Part shown: positions 17,178 to 24,533 of the stretch, piece by piece
Layout: each line of letters opens with the position of its first letter
Position numbering within the stretch: position 1 is the stretch's first letter
Virus record (IMG/VR): IMGVR_UViG_2711768057_000005
Length of the DNA: 24,533 nucleotides
Strand: one strand, 5' to 3'
Source of the DNA: a virus
Taxonomy: Duplodnaviria; Heunggongvirae; Uroviricota; Caudoviricetes
Notes under the pieces: model-generated
Told to the model about the DNA's origin: nothing
Databases searched by the model: none
Seen by the model: only the letters and a program-made list of their open reading frames with translations
Made by a program: the position numbers and the translations under genes

Positions 17178-17603
17178 TCAATGTACTGCCACAGCATTTC
17201 CTGCCGGGCCACCACGGTTCATCTGATTGAAACCGGCGATTGCCACTGCGACAAAATCATCAGCGTCTCTCACCAGTCGCTCCCGCGTCTCCACCAGCTC
17301 CCGAAAATAAGCTGAACTGTGGCTGCGCATTCTGGCCACCAGCAAAGGTGGCATTGCCTTTTCGATCGCTGGTAACAACGCCTGAATTTTTTCAACTGCA
17401 TCAGGGGTGTCTTTCTCTATCCAGCGGAAAATTTTCTGGGTATTGCGAGCCAGGGCTTCCGGATGGCTGTCGTCGTACAGTTCAGGAAACGTCATACCCA
17501 ACTCAAAATAAGCCTGGGTTATTCCAGCTGCCGGAACTTTTTCGCCATCAGGACGCGCCCAGGCATTCATCGCCATGCGGATGTGTTCATGCTTGATTTT
17601 CAT
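17178..17603 (-). CDS. YdaT-like protein (CII-position regulator)
   Basis: Start at ATG 17603 (MKIKHEHI...) with SD AAGGGGGG; the track ORF is extended upstream. The MKIKHEHI N-terminus and position after the Cro-like gene match my memory of Rac YdaT. Confidence 0.6.
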   Translation of the reverse strand: MKIKHEHIRMAMNAWARPDGEKVPAAGITQAYFELGMTFPELYDDSHPEALARNTQKIFRWIEKDTPDAVEKIQALLPAIEKAMPPLLVARMRSHSSAYFRELVETRERLVRDADDFVAVAIAGFNQMNRGGPAGNAVAVH

Positions 17604-17829
17604 GAATCCCCCCTTGGTTAGAAGGCGGATTATGATCAGAACCGGGAATGACAACCGTCGGTATGTGTAACTCATATTTGAGCGCCCCGGCAGTGACTGC
17701 CTGAATTAGCAACGCCCATTTCCACGGAACCTCTTCCCCCCACATGCTGACTGTGGTTTTTGACGTTCCTAGAGCTGCGGCTGTTTTAACAACTCCGCCA
17801 AAATAGCCTAATACTTCTGATTTTTTCAT
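17587..17829 (-). CDS. Cro-like HTH regulator (YdaS family)
   Basis: Start at ATG 17829 (MKKSEVLGYFGG...) with SD GGAG. The motif GG..K.A..LG.S...VS.W...VP fits the YdaS/Cro-type HTH. Divergent from the CI-like gene. Confidence 0.7.
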   Translation of the reverse strand: MKKSEVLGYFGGVVKTAAALGTSKTTVSMWGEEVPWKWALLIQAVTAGALKYELHIPTVVIPGSDHNPPSNQGGIHENQA

Positions 17830-17921
17830 GAGTCGCTCCATAAAACTGAACGCCAAAAGTTTAATAATCAAAACCAAAGAAAGTCAAGAAACAAAACCAT
17901 CTGTGTTTTAAAATCAAAACA
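17830..17921. promoter_or_regulatory. divergent immunity control region (OR-like) between the cro-like and CI-like genes
   Basis: 92-bp AT-rich spacer. Perfect inverted repeat TGTTTT-N6-AAAACA at 17904-17921 overlapping the cI start, and a degenerate copy at 17858-17875. Minus-strand TTGACT (17882-17887) is a candidate -35 for the cro-like gene. Confidence 0.5.
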
Positions 17922-18559
17922 TGAACAAGCAAACAATATCTGAACGCATAACCCAACGTATGCATGCGCTAAACCTGAAAGGCAAAGACCTTGTCAATGC
18001 CACTGGCGCATCAAAAGGCTCCGTAAGTCAATGGATGAACGGTGGAGGAGCGCCGTCCTCGCGTTACATAAGTTCACTGGCAAAAATATTGAAAGTAAAC
18101 GAAAATTGGCTTCTTAATGGAGGAGAGTTAAATACAGGTGATTCGCTTGATCTATCTTTACCGCCGATAAAAACGGTTCCGCTACTATCACTTCAGCAGG
18201 CAGCAAGCTGGAGTGATTATATGAAAAATTCCTCAATAACCTCTTGTGTGCAGCTTGTCGGAGAAATCCCGGCCAATACCTTTGCAGTTGTTCTAGAGAG
18301 TGACAGTATGTCAACATCTGGTGGGGGAGTTTCCATCCCAAATGGTTCAACAGTTTTTGTTGATCCCGATCGAACCGTACAACCAGGAAATATTGTCCTT
18401 GCCTTACCCAAAGGGACCACAACACCTGTCATTCGTAAACTGGAGATAGAAGGGCCGGATATTCTTTTAGTCCCCACGAATCCTCGCTACCCTTCAATTA
18501 TGCTGGATGATCTATCTTGCATATTGGGCGTATGCTTTAAAATTCAACAAAATATTTAA
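17921..18559 (+). CDS. CI-like repressor: N-terminal HTH plus C-terminal S24 (LexA-like) autopeptidase
   Basis: 212 aa. N-terminal helix-turn-helix region (ISERITQRMHALNLKGKDLVNATGASKGSVSQW). C-terminal Ser (ESDSMS) and Lys (VIRKL) dyad typical of S24 peptidases. Starts with almost no leader, as lambda cI does from pRM. Confidence 0.8.
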   Translation: MNKQTISERITQRMHALNLKGKDLVNATGASKGSVSQWMNGGGAPSSRYISSLAKILKVNENWLLNGGELNTGDSLDLSLPPIKTVPLLSLQQAASWSDYMKNSSITSCVQLVGEIPANTFAVVLESDSMSTSGGGVSIPNGSTVFVDPDRTVQPGNIVLALPKGTTTPVIRKLEIEGPDILLVPTNPRYPSIMLDDLSCILGVCFKIQQNI

Positions 18560-18625
18560 CCGACCTCATCTATTTGATTAACTGTATGCCATCGTGGTGA
18601 TGGCTTAACAGCTGCCTGCTTAAAA

Positions 18626-18672
18626 TGTTTTGATAAAAAAACATTGACCTGAAAAGTTCATTTTTCTAAACT
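18626..18672 (+). promoter_or_regulatory. candidate pL-like promoter with operator
   Basis: Inverted repeat TGTTTT-GATAAA-AAAACA (18626-18643), the same motif as in the OR-like region. Directly followed by TTGACC (18644-18649), a 17-nt spacer and TAAACT (18667-18672). Confidence 0.5.
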
Positions 18673-18851
18673 TCATTCATTCCCTCTCCCCACCCCACAG
18701 AATGCAGGGCAATACTTCTAGTTACCAGGCAGTGGTCAGGGGTTAAGTAGCCAGCCCGAGGCGTAAGAACATGACGGCAGGGTTCAACTTTAATAACTAT
18801 GCAGCAGGTTTTTGTTCCGCTACCCCGGCGTTAAGGGGAAATGAGGTCAGC

Positions 18852-19007
18852 ATGGATACTATCGATCTTGGCAACAGCGAATCTCTGGTATGTGGCGTGT
18901 TCCCCAACCAGGACGGTACGTTCACCGCGATGACGTATACCAAAAGCAAAACGTTTAAAACCGAAAATGGTGCCCGTCGCTGGCTGGAAAGAAACTCAGG
19001 TGAGTGA
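18852..19007 (+). CDS. ydfA: YdfA-like small protein (51 aa)
   Basis: MDTIDLGNSESLVCGVFPNQDGTFTAMTYTKSKTFKTENGARRWLERNSGE; first gene of the ydfABC-dicF-dicB order recalled from E. coli Qin. The track ORF is extended upstream. Confidence 0.7.
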   Translation: MDTIDLGNSESLVCGVFPNQDGTFTAMTYTKSKTFKTENGARRWLERNSGE

Positions 19008-19008
19008 T

Positions 19009-19137
19009 ATGGATTTCGACACAATCATGGAAAAGGCTTACGAAGAATACTTCGAAGGTCTTGCCGACGGCGAAGAAGCTCTCAGCTTCAACGAATTTAA
19101 ACAGGCGCTTTCCAGTTCGGCAAAATCTAACGGCTGA
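19009..19137 (+). CDS. ydfB: YdfB-like small protein (42 aa)
   Basis: Not in the ORF track (under 60 aa). ATG 19009 with SD AGGTGA encodes MDFDTIMEKAYEEYFEGLADGEEALSFNEFKQALSSSAKSNG, stop at 19135-19137. Confidence 0.65.
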   Translation: MDFDTIMEKAYEEYFEGLADGEEALSFNEFKQALSSSAKSNG

Positions 19138-19166
19138 TAAGCGAAACAGCACCGCGAGGAATCAGT

Positions 19167-19385
19167 ATGCAGAAACGAGAACCCGTCATCATCGCGCCAG
19201 ACTATACCGATGATGAACTTTATGAGTGGATGCGCCAGAAAATTAATGCAGCGCAGGATTTGAAATGGGCCAATGAAACCAGGGCTAAGCAGGCTGAAAA
19301 TCTGTCCGCTCTGGAGCAGGATATCACCAATCTGGAAAAAGCAGCGGCATTAAGCATTGCCAGAATGATTACATACCCGCGTTAG
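19167..19385 (+). CDS. ydfC: YdfC-like protein (72 aa)
   Basis: ATG 19167 with SD GAGGAA. Position between ydfB and the DicF region. Confidence 0.7.
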   Translation: MQKREPVIIAPDYTDDELYEWMRQKINAAQDLKWANETRAKQAENLSALEQDITNLEKAAALSIARMITYPR

Positions 19386-19725
19386 TAGCTAATCAACAAA
19401 GCTAAGGTTAGTAATTAAGGAGTTCTCCACGGGTGAGGTGGAGTGCGTGCGCCGGACACGGGTGAGCATCCGGCACTGACAGTTTACTGAAAGGATATTT
19501 CCCTGAAAAGTCAGACCATAACGCGAAAGCGCACGGCGAGGTAGCTGGTTCATAGATAGCCTGTCGTTAAATTTTCGTCGACCGTGCGCTTCCGGTTGTG
19601 GCAACCCGCGAAATGGCGCGGCGGTAAGTATGGCGGGGTTATTCCTTCCCCGTTGAGGACACCGGGTTGTCAGGTTGACCATACGCTTAAGTGACAACCC
19701 CGCTGCAACGCCCTCTGTTATCAAT

Positions 19726-19783
19726 TTTCTGGTGACGTTTGGCGGTATCAGTTTTACTCCGTGACTGCTCTGCCGCCCTTTTT
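19726..19783 (+). ncRNA. dicF: DicF small RNA (ftsZ-targeting Hfq sRNA) with intrinsic terminator
   Basis: TTTCTGGTGACGTTTGGCGGTATCAGTTTTACTCCGTGACTGCTCTGCCGCCCTTTTT matches the DicF sequence as I remember it, including the GGCGG/CCGCC terminator stem and U-tail. Lies between ydfC and dicB, preceded by about 340 nt of structured non-coding leader. Confidence 0.8.
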
Positions 19784-19952
19784 AAAGTGAATTTTGTGAT
19801 GTGGTGAATGCGGCTGAGCGCACGCGGAACAGTTAAAACCAAAAACAGTGTTATGGGTGGATTCTCTGTATCCGGCGTTAATTGTTAACTGGTTAACGTC
19901 ACCTGGAGGCACCAGGCACTGCATCACAAAATTCATTGTTGAGGACGCGATA

Positions 19953-20141
19953 ATGAAAACGTTATTACCAAACGTTAATACGTCTGAAGGTTGTTTTGAA
20001 ATTGGTGTCACTATCAGTAACCCAGTATTTACTGAAGATGCCATTAACAAGAGAAAACAAGAACGGGAGCTATTAAATAAAATATGCATTGTTTCAATGC
20101 TGGCTCGTTTACGTCTGATGCCAAAAGGATGTGCACAATGA
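19953..20141 (+). CDS. dicB: DicB cell-division inhibitor
   Basis: 62-aa product MKTLLPNVNTSEGCFEIGVTISNPVFTEDAINKRKQERELLNKICIVSMLARLRLMPKGCAQ matches recalled DicB. SD GAGGA. The track ORF is extended upstream. Confidence 0.85.
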   Translation: MKTLLPNVNTSEGCFEIGVTISNPVFTEDAINKRKQERELLNKICIVSMLARLRLMPKGCAQ

Positions 20142-20329
20142 ATTCAGCATTTGTGCTTGTTCTGACAGTTTTTCTTGTTTCCGGAGAGCCAGTTGATATT
20201 GCAGTCAGTGTGCACAGGACAATGCAGGAGTGTATGACTGCAGCAACCGAACAGAAAATTCCCGGTAACTGTTACCCGGTCGATAAAGTTATTCACCAGG
20301 ATAATAACGAAATCCCGGCAGGTCTTTAA
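20138..20329 (+). CDS. ydfD: YdfD-like small membrane protein
   Basis: 63-aa product starting MNSAFVLVLTVFLVSGEP, with an ATGA overlap to the dicB stop. Position as in the Qin dicB operon. Confidence 0.75.
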   Translation: MNSAFVLVLTVFLVSGEPVDIAVSVHRTMQECMTAATEQKIPGNCYPVDKVIHQDNNEIPAGL

Positions 20330-20422
20330 AACAGTTCCGTAATAAATATCCGGTTTCATTCTTATATGCCAGCAATGGCAGGGATTTGTTCATCCTTAAA
20401 TCTGTCATGAGGTTAAAACAAA

Positions 20423-22894
20423 ATGAGTAAAGTCTTTATTTGCGCCGCTATTCCTGACGAACTGGCAACAAGGGAAGAAGGCGCTGTGGCTGTAGCCACA
20501 GCCATTGAAGCTGGCGACGAACGCCGTGCTCGAGCAAAATTTCACTGGCAGTTCCTGGAACATTATCCGGCTGCTCAGGACTGCGCTTATAAATTTATTG
20601 TCTGCGAGGATAAACCTGGCATACCCCGCCCTGCCCTCGATTCATGGGATGCTGAATATATGCAGGAAAACCGCTGGGATGAGGAGTCTGCTTCTTTTGT
20701 CCCGGTTGAGACTGAATCCGATCCGATGAACGTCACTTTTGACAAGCTGGCCCCTGAAGTACAGAACGCTGTCATGGTTAAGTTCGACACATGTGAAAAC
20801 ATCACCGTTGATATGGTTATTAGCGCACAGGAATTGTTGCAGGAAGACATGGCAACATTCGACGGACATATCGTTGAAGCGTTGATGAAAATGCCAGAAG
20901 TTAACGCCATGTATCCGGAGCTTAAGTTGCACGCCATTGGGTGGGTTAAGCATAAATGTATTCCTGGTGCTAAATGGCCCGAAATTCAGGCAGAGATGCG
21001 CATCTGGAAAAAACGTCGCGAAGGTGAACGCAAGGAAACCGGAAAATACACGTCTGTTGTTGATCTCGCCCGCGCCAGAACCAATCAACAGTACACTGAA
21101 AATTCAACAGGAAAAATCAGCCCGGTCATTGCTGCCATTCATCGCGAATACAAGCAGACATGGAAAACACTGGATGACGAACTGGCCTACGCTCTCTGGC
21201 CTGGTGATGTGGATGCCGGAAACATTGACGGCAGCATCCATCGCTGGGCAAAAAAAGAAGTTATCGACAACGACCGCGAAGACTGGAAGCGTATCTCGGC
21301 ATCAATGCGCAAACAGCCTGATGCCCTTCGCTACGACCGCCAGACTATTTTTGGCCTTGTCCGTGAGCGTCCGATCGACATTCACAAAGATCCCATAGCA
21401 CTGAACAAATATATCTGCGAATACCTGACGACAAAGGGCGTGTTTGAGAATGAAGAAACAGACCTGGGCACTGTTGATGTTCTCCAGTCATCAGAAACAC
21501 AAACTGATGCAGTGGAAACTGAGGTATCTGATATCCCAAAAAATGAAACCGCGCCGGAAGCTGAACCATCTGTAGAGCGTGAGGGGCCGTTCTATTTCCT
21601 CTTCGCAGATAAGGACGGAGAAAAATACGGTCGCGCAAACAAACTTTCTGGTCTGGATAAGGCACTGGCTGCTGGCGCCACTGAAATCACAAAAGAAGAA
21701 TATTTTGCCCGAAAAAATGGCACATACACGGGCTTACCGCAAAATGTAGATACCGCTGAAGATTCAGAACAACCAGAGCCGATAAAAGTTACCGCTGACG
21801 AAGTAAACAAAATTATGCAGGCAGCCAATATCAGCCAGCCTGACGCCGATGAACTGCTTGCAGTATCACGTGGTGAATTTGTTGAAGGGATTAGCGACCC
21901 GAATGATCCGAAATGGATTAAGGGGATCCAGACCCGCGATTCTGTGAACCAGAACCAGCAAGAAACGGAACAGAACGACCAGAAAGCGGAACAAAACAGC
22001 CCAAATACGCAACAAAACGAGCCAGAAACGAAACAACCTGAACCAGTAGTGCAACAGGAACCGGAAAAGATCTGCACCGCCTGCGGTCAGAGCGGTGGCG
22101 GCAACTGCCCTGATTGTGGTGCGGTGATGGGTGACGCAACATACCAGGAAATATTCGATGGAGAGAATCAGCCTGAAGTTCAGGAAAATGATCCGGAGGA
22201 AATGGAAGGCACTGCGCATCAGCACAAGGAGAACACTGGCGGCAATCAGCATCATGCCAGCGATAGTGAAACTGGCGAGGCGTCAGATCCCTTAATTAAG
22301 GCAAACGGTCATCATAATCTCACATCCACCAGCAGAGCGGGGATTCATCTGATGATCGACCTTGAAACCATGGGAAAAAATCCCGATGCCCCGATTATCT
22401 CAATAGGTGCAATATTTTTCGATCCGCAAACCGGAGATATGGGACCGGAATTTAGTAAGACTATCGATCTGGAAACTGCTGGCGGAGTCATTGATCGGGA
22501 CACCATTAAATGGTGGCTTAAACAATCACGCGAAGCGCAATCTGCCATTATGACCGATGAAATCCCGTTAGATGATGCACTGTTACAATTGCGGGAATTT
22601 ATCGACGAAAACTCCGGTGAATTTTTTGTTCATGTCTGGGGAAATGGAGCCAACTTCGACAACACGATTTTGCGCCGTTCATACGAACGGCAGGAGATCC
22701 CCTGCCCGTGGCGTTACTACAACGATCGCGATGTACGCACAATCGTTGAGCTGGGGAAAGCCATAGACTTCGATGCCAGAACGGCTATTCCATTCGAAGG
22801 TGAGCGCCATAATGCACTTGATGACGCCCGTTACCAGGCAAAATACGTTTCAGTTATCTGGCAAAAACTGATCCCGAGTCAGGCTGATTCTTAA
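20423..22894 (+). CDS. ydfE: large YdfE-position protein with zinc ribbon, Q/E-rich linker and C-terminal DEDDh 3'-5' exonuclease domain
   Basis: 823 aa. C-terminal DnaQ-like motifs: Exo I MIDLETMG, Exo II GNGANFDNTIL, Exo III HNALDDARYQAKY. Also CTACGQSGGGNCPDCG. Occupies the recombination-module position before xis/int. Confidence 0.7.
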   Translation: MSKVFICAAIPDELATREEGAVAVATAIEAGDERRARAKFHWQFLEHYPAAQDCAYKFIVCEDKPGIPRPALDSWDAEYMQENRWDEESASFVPVETESDPMNVTFDKLAPEVQNAVMVKFDTCENITVDMVISAQELLQEDMATFDGHIVEALMKMPEVNAMYPELKLHAIGWVKHKCIPGAKWPEIQAEMRIWKKRREGERKETGKYTSVVDLARARTNQQYTENSTGKISPVIAAIHREYKQTWKTLDDELAYALWPGDVDAGNIDGSIHRWAKKEVIDNDREDWKRISASMRKQPDALRYDRQTIFGLVRERPIDIHKDPIALNKYICEYLTTKGVFENEETDLGTVDVLQSSETQTDAVETEVSDIPKNETAPEAEPSVEREGPFYFLFADKDGEKYGRANKLSGLDKALAAGATEITKEEYFARKNGTYTGLPQNVDTAEDSEQPEPIKVTADEVNKIMQAANISQPDADELLAVSRGEFVEGISDPNDPKWIKGIQTRDSVNQNQQETEQNDQKAEQNSPNTQQNEPETKQPEPVVQQEPEKICTACGQSGGGNCPDCGAVMGDATYQEIFDGENQPEVQENDPEEMEGTAHQHKENTGGNQHHASDSETGEASDPLIKANGHHNLTSTSRAGIHLMIDLETMGKNPDAPIISIGAIFFDPQTGDMGPEFSKTIDLETAGGVIDRDTIKWWLKQSREAQSAIMTDEIPLDDALLQLREFIDENSGEFFVHVWGNGANFDNTILRRSYERQEIPCPWRYYNDRDVRTIVELGKAIDFDARTAIPFEGERHNALDDARYQAKYVSVIWQKLIPSQADS

Positions 22895-22966
22895 TGTTCA
22901 ACTGTCGCCGGTTGTGACTGGTATTCTGCAACCGGCGCTCGTCTGATGTAAGAGATAAAGAAATCG

Positions 22967-23218
22967 ATGAGCGAAGTAATCATGATTGTCTCTCCCGGCA
23001 AATGGGTATCCGAAGAGCAGTTAATTGCGCTGAAAGGAATAAAAAAAGGTACGTTAAAAAAGGCCCGGGAAAAATCGTTTATGGAAGGAAGGGAATATAA
23101 GCATGTCGCTCATGACGGTATGCCATGGGATAACAGTCCATGCTTTTACAACCTGGAAGAAATTGATCGCTGGATTGAGCGCCAGGCATCAGCGAGACCA
23201 AGACGTCATCTTACTTGA
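22967..23218 (+). CDS. putative excisionase / recombination directionality factor
   Basis: 83-aa basic protein immediately upstream of the integrase on the same strand. Family not confirmed. Confidence 0.5.
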   Translation: MSEVIMIVSPGKWVSEEQLIALKGIKKGTLKKAREKSFMEGREYKHVAHDGMPWDNSPCFYNLEEIDRWIERQASARPRRHLT

Positions 23219-23252
23219 CTAAAAGCCACACTAACTAATGAGAGAAGTTGAA

Positions 23253-24533
23253 ATGAAATATCCGACAGGCGTGGAAAACCATGGAGGGAAATTACGTATC
23301 TGGTTTGTTTATAAAGGCGTAAGAGTCAGGGAAAATCTGGGGGTTCCTGACACAGCAAAAAACAGGCGCGTTGCAGGTGAACTACGCGCCTCTGTTTGTT
23401 ACGCAATAAAAACTGGTGTTTTCGACTATGCAAAACAGTTTCCCTCCTCACGCAATCTGGAAAAATTTGGTGAGGCCCGACAAGATTTAACCATAAAAGA
23501 ACTGGCTGAAAAATTTCTGGCACTGAAAGAAACTGAAGTCGCCAAAACATCACTCAACACATACCGTGCCGTCATCAAAAATATCCTGAGCATAATCGGT
23601 GAAAAAAATCTTGCCTCATCGATTAATAAAGAAAAATTACTGGAGGTTCGTAAAGAGTTACTGACTGGATACCAGATCCCCAAAAGTAACTATATTGTTA
23701 CACAACCAGGGAGATCGGCTGTAACTGTAAATAATTACATGACAAATCTTAACGCCGTGTTCCAGTTTGGTGTTGATAACGGTTACCTGGCAGATAATCC
23801 GTTTAAGGGGATCTCGCCATTAAAGGAATCAAGAACCATTCCGGATCCTCTTTCGCGGGAAGAATTTATCCGTCTTATCGATGCGTGCAGAAATCAGCAA
23901 GCAAAAAATTTATGGTGTGTTTCTGTTTATACTGGCGTTCGCCCTGGTGAGCTGTGTGCACTTGGATGGGAGGACATAGATCTGAAAAATGGAACAATGA
24001 TGATCAGGAGAAATTTAGCAAAAGACCGTTTCACGGTACCAAAAACACAGGCGGGAACCAATCGGGTCATTCATCTTATTAAGCCAGCAATCGACGCTCT
24101 CCGGAGTCAGATGACATTAACGAGACTGAGCAAAGAGCATATCATTGATGTTCACCTCAGAGAGTATGGCAGAACAGAAAAACATAAATGCACCTTTGTT
24201 TTTCAACCTGAAGTGTCAGCGAGAGTAAAAAATTATGGTGACCATTTTACCGTTGACTCAATAAGGCAGATGTGGGACGCAGCGATAAAACGTGCCGGAC
24301 TCCGCCATCGAAAATCATATCAGTCGAGACATACTTATGCCTGCTGGTCGCTGACAGCTGGTGCTAACCCGGCATTTATAGCAAACCAGATGGGCCATGC
24401 AGATGCGCAAATGGTATTTCAGGTATACGGAAAATGGATGTCTGAAAACAATAATGCACAGGTAGCTTTGTTAAATACACAGTTAAGCGAGTTTGCCCCA
24501 ACCATGCCCCATAACGAAGCAATGAAAAATTAA
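23253..24533 (+). CDS. intQ: tyrosine-type site-specific integrase
   Basis: Start at ATG 23253 (MKYPTGVENHGGKLRIWFVYKG) rather than 23238. C-terminal catalytic region with R...H-x-x-R...Y (HTYACW..., ...VFQVYGKW) typical of lambda-family integrases. Its stop codon is the last three bases of the window. Symbol by position only. Confidence 0.8.
   Translation: MKYPTGVENHGGKLRIWFVYKGVRVRENLGVPDTAKNRRVAGELRASVCYAIKTGVFDYAKQFPSSRNLEKFGEARQDLTIKELAEKFLALKETEVAKTSLNTYRAVIKNILSIIGEKNLASSINKEKLLEVRKELLTGYQIPKSNYIVTQPGRSAVTVNNYMTNLNAVFQFGVDNGYLADNPFKGISPLKESRTIPDPLSREEFIRLIDACRNQQAKNLWCVSVYTGVRPGELCALGWEDIDLKNGTMMIRRNLAKDRFTVPKTQAGTNRVIHLIKPAIDALRSQMTLTRLSKEHIIDVHLREYGRTEKHKCTFVFQPEVSARVKNYGDHFTVDSIRQMWDAAIKRAGLRHRKSYQSRHTYACWSLTAGANPAFIANQMGHADAQMVFQVYGKWMSENNNAQVALLNTQLSEFAPTMPHNEAMKN

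Larger units (their letters stand above)
2341..24533. mobile_element. cryptic lambdoid prophage (Qin/DicB-type), morphogenesis-deleted; right end runs off the window
   Basis: Contiguous immunity, replication, nin-like, Q, lysis, tail-fibre remnant and dicB-int modules with no terminase, capsid or tail-shaft genes. Left boundary is approximate (somewhere in the AT-rich 1285-3018 interval); att sites could not be identified. Confidence 0.8.

Noticed and set aside
20505-22766. Several 60-160-aa ORFs on either strand inside the ydfE-like gene (for example 20587..20937, 20642..21088, 21592..22077, 21866..22255)
   Set aside because: They lie entirely within a long, well-supported ORF and have repetitive or low-complexity translations; typical alternative-frame artefacts.
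22895-22940. Hairpin GCCGGTTG ... CAACCGGC between the ydfE-like gene and xis
   Set aside because: Long loop and no T-run, so not a convincing intrinsic terminator or sib-like site; could not be distinguished from chance.
1-24533. CRISPR array or cas genes
   Set aside because: No regularly spaced direct repeats with unique spacers; the only periodic repeats are the 10-11 bp iterons and a 12-bp tandem repeat inside the replication gene.

Overview
Nearly the whole window is a cryptic lambdoid prophage of the E. coli Qin/DicB type, flanked on the left by a chromosomal MFS transporter gene (1..1284, minus) and ending on the right at an integrase gene (23253..24533). It has no terminase, head or tail-shaft genes. 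The minus strand (about 17830 down to 3019) reads: Cro-like YdaS, YdaT-like, O-like replication initiator with two internal iteron arrays, a hypothetical, a low-GC two-gene insert (HEPN-motif protein plus GNAT-motif protein), Hok toxin, a hypothetical, DUF968/HNH, RusA, Q-like antiterminator, candidate pR'/tR', tRNA-Ile2(CAU) and tRNA-Arg(UCU), a weak hypothetical, two tandem lipoproteins with TolA domain-III-like C-termini, a pinholin / YdfR-position protein / SAR-endolysin / Rz lysis cassette, a lipoprotein-signal::side-tail-fibre ORF, and tfa. The plus strand (17921..24533) reads: CI-like S24 repressor, ydfA, ydfB, ydfC, DicF sRNA, dicB, ydfD, an intact ydfE-like protein with a C-terminal DEDDh exonuclease, xis and integrase. 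The most interesting candidates are the low-GC two-gene insert (13402..15441) and the TolA-III-like lipoprotein pair (7261..8235). All calls come from reading the sequence and recalled protein families; no database search was run.
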